Origin: an uncultured virus (IMG/VR IMGVR_UViG_3300030118_005288)
Taxonomy: Duplodnaviria > Heunggongvirae > Uroviricota > Caudoviricetes
DNA length: 20,000 bases
Reading direction: 5' to 3' (one strand)
Virus record (IMG/VR): IMGVR_UViG_3300030118_005288
Coordinates: 50,446 to 70,445 of that record
Part shown: positions 15,701 to 20,000 of the stretch, in pieces
Layout: every line of letters begins with the position of its first letter
Position numbering within the stretch: position 1 is the stretch's first letter
Made by a program: the position numbers and the translations under genes
The notes under the pieces: model-generated
The model's database searches: none
What the model was told of the DNA's origin: nothing
The model's input: only the letters and a program-made list of their open reading frames with translations

Positions 15701-18700
15701 AATTATATTAAAGCCAGAGGAAGTACAAGCTTTGTTAGCAGAAAACGGAATAACTGGACCAGCTCAAGGCGTTGCCTTAATGAACGAGGCTACAATAGAG
15801 TCAAACATTAACCGTGGTAATGTTTTTAGTAGTAACACTATGCAACATGAGTTTGACCACGTAATATTGTCTACAAAAACAGATACTGAAATAAAAGATT
15901 TGTTAACAACGTTTGAAGAAACACTTAATAACTCTAGCGATCCACAAATGCAAGAGATTAAAAAAGTATATGACATAAGAGTAGAGCAGTATAGAAAGAA
16001 GTTTGGAAATAATTATTTAAGCACTAGAGCTGGTATGGAAGAGCTTATAACATCTATTGGTGATGCTATGAGCGCTGTACAAAACGGAGGTATTGTTAGT
16101 GAAACAACAACTGTTGATGGTAAAGAAATAACAAAACATAGTTTTTTACCTGGTGTTTTAACATCTGAAGGTAGACAGTCATTACAAATTATTGCTGACA
16201 AGTTACAAAGTATTTTATATGGTGAAACAAATACAGAAGTTAAAGTTGATCCTGTAAATATTATAAACTTCTTTTCTAATAATCCTTTTGCGTCTACTGT
16301 AGACTTTCAGCTACAAGATCAAGTTGTTATACTTGACGATGCTGGTAAGCCTATAGTTTCTAAAACCGCTAATTATAGTTTAGTAGGTGAAGGTGGTATG
16401 GACTTGCAGTTAGTTAGAGATGCGGCAAACATATACTACAAGCCTAACAGAGGTCAACAAGAAATAGTTGAAGAAAACAATAGGTTAGAACAAAAAATTA
16501 GAGAAGCAGAAGCTTTTACAAGTGAAGATAAAGACTTACAAGAAAGAGTTAGGGCTGGCGCAAGAAAGTGGAGAGAACAGTTAATGTTTAATAACTGGGG
16601 TGCTTTTGAAGAAGTACTTAAGTCATACGACAGAAGTAATGCCATGCACTCTACTTTAAACGAAGAAATGTTTAACGCTGAAAACTTAGAGTCTCTTGTA
16701 AAAGCTGTTATGGTTACATGGAAAGGTGAAATGCTAGATCCAAACACTGGTACGCTAAAGAAAGTTCCATTTGCTGCCTACTACTTTGGTAGCACAGATG
16801 GTAGGCCTAGTATAGCCCAAAGAAGACAAGCCGCTATATTTGACAAGCTTGATAAGGTGTTTAAACAAAGCTTAGACGAGATGGATATAGATGTTGATGA
16901 TAATACTAACACTATAAACGTACAAGACCAAGTTCAAGACAATGAGCAAAGATCTAAGCTAGTTCACACTATACCTGGTTTTGAGTGGAACGATGTTACA
17001 AAGAAAGGTAGTCAGGCGTATGAAAACTGGATTACTAAAGTTCAAGAGATCATGGTTACACAATATGATAATGTGTATGATAAAAACTTTAAGTCTATAA
17101 TACGTAAAGAAGGTAGAAAGTTTTTTAATCAACTTAAAAAAGATTTTGAAGGTGGTGTTATAAAAAATTATTTACCAACACAAAGTTATATAGATTTTAT
17201 AACAGAAAACGCAGAGCTTATATACGACCAACTACCTCAGAAAGTAATGAACGAAAACTTTACTGAGTTTACTGATATTATTTCAGAACGTATGTCTGCT
17301 GAAGAAGCAAAAATGCGTAAAGATTTAAAAACCGGTGATATATATTCTGGTACAAGCTTAAGAAAAAAGAAAGAGTTTACAGACGAGGTAAGAGCAGCAT
17401 TTTTAGAAAAACTATTAAAAACAAATCAAATAGCAGATCTTCAAGCTCAAGGTTTGAGTAACAAGGATATACACGATATAGTTAGAATGGATATGACAAC
17501 AAGAAGCACGTTGCAACATCTATCTGATATTTTGTTTAAAGATGCTGTTATGCAGGCTACAAATAATCCTGATTTTAAATCTGCTAACGGTATTGATCAG
17601 CAACAAATAATGCAAGCTGCTATGATGATTGATAGAGGTATGGATGTTAAGTTCTCTATAGTTGGTGATATGATACCTGGTGGTAAAGAGCAAACTCTTA
17701 GCGGTAGTTATGAAAGTACTTACTTGTTACAACAAATGAACTTAATACAAAGGTCTGTTTTACCTATGTATAAAAACGAAGAGGATGCTGATTTTATTAT
17801 AGACTTTATACAAAACAATGAGGCTTTTGAAAATGTACCTCAAGATATAAAAAACTTTGTAAGTAACTTGTATAGTTCTAAGTTAGTTATGGACGCAGAA
17901 ACAAGAGACTTTGTGCAATTTATAAAAACAAATGTGCCAGGTATAAGCAAAGATGTTTTATCTAACGTTGTAAACGTAAGTATAAGAGATAGAAAAGATA
18001 TAAAAGATAAAATGGTTCTTAACGCAAAAGAACTAATGACATCTTTACCTAGTGAGCTAGGTCCGTTTGTTTACGAAATGCTAGGCTTTAAAGGTGGTAG
18101 TAGATTTTTAGATATAACAGCAAAAGATAATAAAGGTGAATACTTACAGGATTTTGAAGATGTAAAGAGTTTATCTAAGTCAGCTGAGGAACTTGGTGTT
18201 ATTTTAGATTTTGACCCTAAAGATATATCTATATACAACAAGTCTACTCCTTTAAAAAGTAACGGTATATTTAAAGAGATTATAAATTTAAACCAACGTA
18301 TTGCTAAAGGTGAAATAACAAAAAGACAAGCACAAAGAATAATAGAGGAAACAAATTTAACAGATAGAATAGAAAAAGCTAACAAGGCTAACATGGGCGC
18401 TTTAAAACTTGTGTACAAAGCTATGGCTGTTAAATTAAAAGATGGTAAATTAGACGAAGCCGCTTTACTACAGTTGTTTAAGCTACAATCAAATTTAGTT
18501 GGTGGTTTTAGAGGGTTGTCAAGGTTAGACGGTTACAACTTGCTAGATGGTAAGTTTAAGTTTAATCCTAAAGACAAAGGCGTTACATGGACAGAAAACA
18601 GTAAAGGCGAAAAAGTAATTTTGTTTAAAGGTGAGCATGCTGCGTCTATGTCAAAGGTTGATGCTAATGTAATACAGTTAATGTATGATTATAAAGACGG

Positions 18701-20000
18701 TAAAGTAAACGACGCTTTATTTAATGCTATGCTAGATGTTGAGCTAGCTGGTTATGGTCAAGTGTTAGGACACAATGGTCATTTTGATATTATAGACAAA
18801 GCTGGTAAAACAAATATATCAGACACATATAGATTTAATCTGTTAGATGCTAAGACGCTAATGCAATACACTAGCATATACGGTGAGAATATGAAAGATA
18901 TGCAGATGCGTATACTTTTAGATCTTGATCGTAAGCAACAGATTGTAAACTCTATAAAGAAAGAAACTGCTATAGCAAATATAAGAACACAAAGAATAAA
19001 TGGTATTGAGCGTGGTGCTAGTGTTTTTGATTTTGATGGTACATTAGAAGAAGGTGGTGCTAATATTATAGTTGCAACTCACCCAACGTTAGGGAGAAAA
19101 GAAATTAAATCAGACGAGTTTCACAGTGTTGTTGTTGATCTTACTAATAAGGGTTATGAATTTAACTTTGATGATTTTGTTAATGTAAAAGAAAGTGAAA
19201 AAGGCCCTTTGTTTGAAAAGTTTAGAAATCAAATAGAAAAATATGGCGTTGACAACGTGTTAATATTAACAGCAAGACAACCAGAAGCTGCCATAGCAAT
19301 ACAAGCGTGGTTGAAGTCTAACGGTATAAACTTACCTTTAGAAAACATAACTGGTCTAGGTGTTACGGGTCCTGATGGTAAACCTATAACTGTAAAAGGA
19401 ACAGACAAAGCAAGGTGGATAGAAGAAAACTTAATATGGGACGGATTTAGTGATATATACTTTGTTGATGATGGTCAACAAATAGTAAACGACGTTCAAG
19501 CTATGTTTGATACTTATCCTGAAGGCTTGTTAGTAAATGGTGGAAAGTCTGTTTTAGTAGATCCAGACTACGATCCAGATCTAGGTCAAGAAATTATAAA
19601 CGAGATAAATGAAAGTTATCCTAATGATTTAAATGGTAACTTGATAGAGATAGAGCCTGGAAAATACTCTTTAACGGGACCTAATATAGATTTAAACAAA
19701 ACGTTTAACGATATAATAGAGTCTAAAACAGGTATTGAATCACAAAAAGTATTTTCTAGAGCAGAAGGTACTATCAGAGGTAGAAGCCACTTTAGTATTT
19801 TAGATAAAATATATCCAGCATCTGCTTATGATTTAGAAATGTTTACATATAGATATTTGTCTGAAGGTGCGTTAGGTGAAAATCAACAAGCGTTTTTTCA
19901 AGAAAAATTATTTAAACCTTTTGCTATAGCTAATAATGCTATAAACAAAAAGAAACAAGAAGTAAAAAACAATTATAGAAACTTAATAAAAAAATTACCC
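12477..20000 (+). CDS. Giant polyvalent/internal virion (ejection) protein, >2508 aa, 3'-truncated; zincin, sigma2-like and HAD domains
   Basis: ATG at 12477 (MTKDEVIANAKAQGASEEELQ...), 5 nt after the previous stop. My manual translation found no in-frame stop to the window end (...NYRNLIKKLP), which would explain its absence from the ORF track. Contains HEFDH, DFDGT/LTAR/FVDD, and Gly/Ala-rich hydrophobic segments at ~14500-15100. Confidence 0.92.
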   Translation, partial: MTKDEVIANAKAQGASEEELQILRNTPDSEYGNVPSVGKTSDITSTGANVMSSSTASESTGLNLEPGSSDSIKDTVDKSPPPTSEGEFNKINYGGDIYGSSPYQVIDENGNIKNVSAEEYLKLYTDEQRQLDNFLDARDRVKNQYYVDASYFEGKVDETKLREQLNVKLKPLNVKIKEVAPGFDALEFTYKDGTVEEISFDDWGIINYGAGKGGNVNRGQGALTNQERADFINDIIDSQIDYLSNPDSPGYSENFDWGIYSGAMNMMGVGAGNAKHRTLINENAMIQLQYDYEDMMTEAVVNGNWKAMLESGDLTSDELMRVKNAKYIDLMGMVMESDRYKTAMAQIEVTLNELKGSLLQEVFSEYNPEPIYDQNGVLTGFKDDENWVAGAAAIFEKRFKDLREDVINGNSELRKIIGSIDYAVNSVFDPVIQDVSAYEGRIDRYGEFVGSSDVLSNIWKFIDLKAPMQLNQFNALNNSNQKSILLKQKNSFADWQSGKGDNVFRNWIGAEYNIATRLDPTIHLIEEQTDALDEYDKFQWDYTTSGMPLNRRYNFDREQIEKQGYIDIPVWFAEMPTGDYLDKYKILGKADPRNENAMFGEEGTGFMMNVRFDNLEDAYKEIDNQYKLVEIALDMEIIEDLMKAKDFQNTLGELTYSNSALYDENGNWNVTADNWQAALGDTGMTMLASIFTGGMYTFLAESGGFYMEALEQAGMEEFGVDRWNNMSLEEKKRELNNLIDTRPEIMNNAFTVGGVNMMLDNVSNLFFIGKVGKPVIQNLPKAWGLLVRGNAKAAVQNLGLKSGIKNVSTATLVESFIEAMQEENTQYHLGNTIETYQHSFNGTINSGVTALLTTPVFLGTGSTLSSFTGAVYNKVTAMNAEPGKIIEFCDNQRKALLDARANDKITQDAFAERMQLVDAVQETFAGLGKENGGYTADRIWSDSQIIKEVFETQASIEQNKIQLQNLNQQKQKAKKRFGQDYASDFDKVKNQEQLDAAIKRITFLEYERTKLNHLNDYKTKTLTKAAEINSDASNGYTAVVKKNTQDAVAYLKSIGLTDEQIQTVGAAFLNGEANAIILKPEEVQALLAENGITGPAQGVALMNEATIESNINRGNVFSSNTMQHEFDHVILSTKTDTEIKDLLTTFEETLNNSSDPQMQEIKKVYDIRVEQYRKKFGNNYLSTRAGMEELITSIGDAMSAVQNGGIVSETTTVDGKEITKHSFLPGVLTSEGRQSLQIIADKLQSILYGETNTEVKVDPVNIINFFSNNPFASTVDFQLQDQVVILDDAGKPIVSKTANYSLVGEGGMDLQLVRDAANIYYKPNRGQQEIVEENNRLEQKIREAEAFTSEDKDLQERVRAGARKWREQLMFNNWGAFEEVLKSYDRSNAMHSTLNEEMFNAENLESLVKAVMVTWKGEMLDPNTGTLKKVPFAAYYFGSTDGRPSIAQRRQAAIFDKLDKVFKQSLDEMDIDVDDNTNTINVQDQVQDNEQRSKLVHTIPGFEWNDVTKKGSQAYENWITKVQEIMVTQYDNVYDKNFKSIIRKEGRKFFNQLKKDFEGGVIKNYLPTQSYIDFITENAELIYDQLPQKVMNENFTEFTDIISERMSAEEAKMRKDLKTGDIYSGTSLRKKKEFTDEVRAAFLEKLLKTNQIADLQAQGLSNKDIHDIVRMDMTTRSTLQHLSDILFKDAVMQATNNPDFKSANGIDQQQIMQAAMMIDRGMDVKFSIVGDMIPGGKEQTLSGSYESTYLLQQMNLIQRSVLPMYKNEEDADFIIDFIQNNEAFENVPQDIKNFVSNLYSSKLVMDAETRDFVQFIKTNVPGISKDVLSNVVNVSIRDRKDIKDKMVLNAKELMTSLPSELGPFVYEMLGFKGGSRFLDITAKDNKGEYLQDFEDVKSLSKSAEELGVILDFDPKDISIYNKSTPLKSNGIFKEIINLNQRIAKGEITKRQAQRIIEETNLTDRIEKANKANMGALKLVYKAMAVKLKDGKLDEAALLQLFKLQSNLVGGFRGLSRLDGYNLLDGKFKFNPKDKGVTWTENSKGEKVILFKGEHAASMSKVDANVIQLMYDYKDGKVNDALFNAMLDVELAGYGQVLGHNGHFDIIDKAGKTNISDTYRFNLLDAKTLMQYTSIYGENMKDMQMRILLDLDRKQQIVNSIKKETAIANIRTQRINGIERGASVFDFDGTLEEGGANIIVATHPTLGRKEIKSDEFHSVVVDLTNKGYEFNFDDFVNVKESEKGPLFEKFRNQIEKYGVDNVLILTARQPEAAIAIQAWLKSNGINLPLENITGLGVTGPDGKPITVKGTDKARWIEENLIWDGFSDIYFVDDGQQIVNDVQAMFDTYPEGLLVNGGKSVLVDPDYDPDLGQEIINEINESYPNDLNGNLIEIEPGKYSLTGPNIDLNKTFNDIIESKTGIESQKVFSRAEGTIRGRSHFSILDKIYPASAYDLEMFTYRYLSEGALGENQQAFFQEKLFKPFAIANNAINKKKQEVKNNYRNLIKKLP
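12587..12646 (+). promoter_or_regulatory. Predicted -1 programmed ribosomal frameshift element: G_GGA_AAG slippery site plus downstream stem-loop/H-type pseudoknot
   Basis: GTG GGA AAG in the giant-ORF frame (heptamer 12587-12593), then a 5-nt spacer. Stem 12599-12609 (CGACATCACGT) pairs with 12622-12632 (ATGTGATGTCG): 11 bp with one G-U. Loop GGCGC (12615-12619) can pair with GCGTC (12642-12646). Confidence 0.75.
15690..16060 (+). other. Zincin-like metallopeptidase domain within the giant protein
   Basis: NTMQHEFDHVIL (HExxH at 15846-15860), preceded by short strands (ANAIIL, GVALMN) and followed by a candidate third-ligand helix GMEELITSIGD (EE at 16038-16043). Boundaries are approximate. 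Confidence 0.7.
16572..16878 (+). other. Divergent sigma70 region-2-like segment within the giant protein
   Basis: REQLMFNNWGAFEEVLKSY...AENLESLVKAV...DPNTG...VPFAAY...RRQAAIFD...SLDE parallels the sigma70 pattern REKLIEANLRLVVSIAKKY...QEGNIGLMKAV..FDPERG.KFSTY..WIRQAI...SLD. Aligned by eye only. Confidence 0.45.
19014..19510 (+). other. HAD-superfamily phosphatase domain within the giant protein
   Basis: Motif I VFDFDGTL (DxDxT at 19029-19043), motif II VLILTAR (Thr at 19269), candidate motif III Lys (DKARW, 19407) and motif IV IYFVDD (19467-19472), in the correct order. Confidence 0.88.

Larger units (their letters stand above)
1..20000 (+). mobile_element. Bacteriophage genome segment (tail and internal virion protein module), probably a Bacteroidota-infecting podovirus of the crAss-like/marine flavophage type
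   Basis: Six co-oriented genes with 1-40 nt spacers and no housekeeping genes. Order runs from a tail stabilization-like protein through a Q/A-rich small protein to a giant multidomain protein. Starts lack Shine-Dalgarno motifs and have AT-rich leaders. No integration features are visible, so free phage versus prophage cannot be decided. Confidence 0.85.

Noticed and set aside
487..18418. Short minus-strand and alternate-frame ORFs in the supplied track (61-129 aa)
   Set aside because: All are nested within long plus-strand genes, have no recognisable motifs, and look like antisense or frame shadows of biased codon usage.
19029..19043. DFDGT as an RNA polymerase catalytic DFDGD/DxDxD loop (crAss-like virion RNAP)
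   Set aside because: The third Asp is absent, and the downstream TAR, Lys and DD motifs identify a HAD domain instead.

Overview
The window is an AT-rich, all-plus-strand virion morphogenesis region of a tailed phage, most likely a podovirus-type phage of Bacteroidota related to crAss-like or marine flavobacterial phages (inferred from protein motifs and SD-less, A-rich start contexts). It holds six tightly packed genes. (1) A 5'-truncated, >2560-aa tail stabilization/nozzle-like protein with a ~1100-aa extension of Cys-rich repeats, ending in an intact Hint (intein-like) domain followed only by Lys-Gly. (2) An 885-aa protein with a C-terminal Ig-like domain. (3) A 135-aa structural protein. 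(4, 5) Two probable internal/ejection proteins. (6) A giant ORF absent from the ORF track (12477 to beyond 20000, >2508 aa) that carries a zincin HExxH motif, a sigma70 region-2-like segment and a complete HAD phosphatase, with a recurring [KN][YF]S[LI][VT]G motif near domain boundaries. The most striking hidden signal is at codons 37-39 of the giant gene: an in-frame G_GGA_AAG slippery heptamer, a 5-nt spacer, and an 11-bp stem that can form an H-type pseudoknot. This predicts a -1 programmed frameshift giving a 77-aa product with an aromatic/basic tail (YGFKFGTWFFGFYKRHGR). All family assignments come from motif recognition by eye, with no database search.
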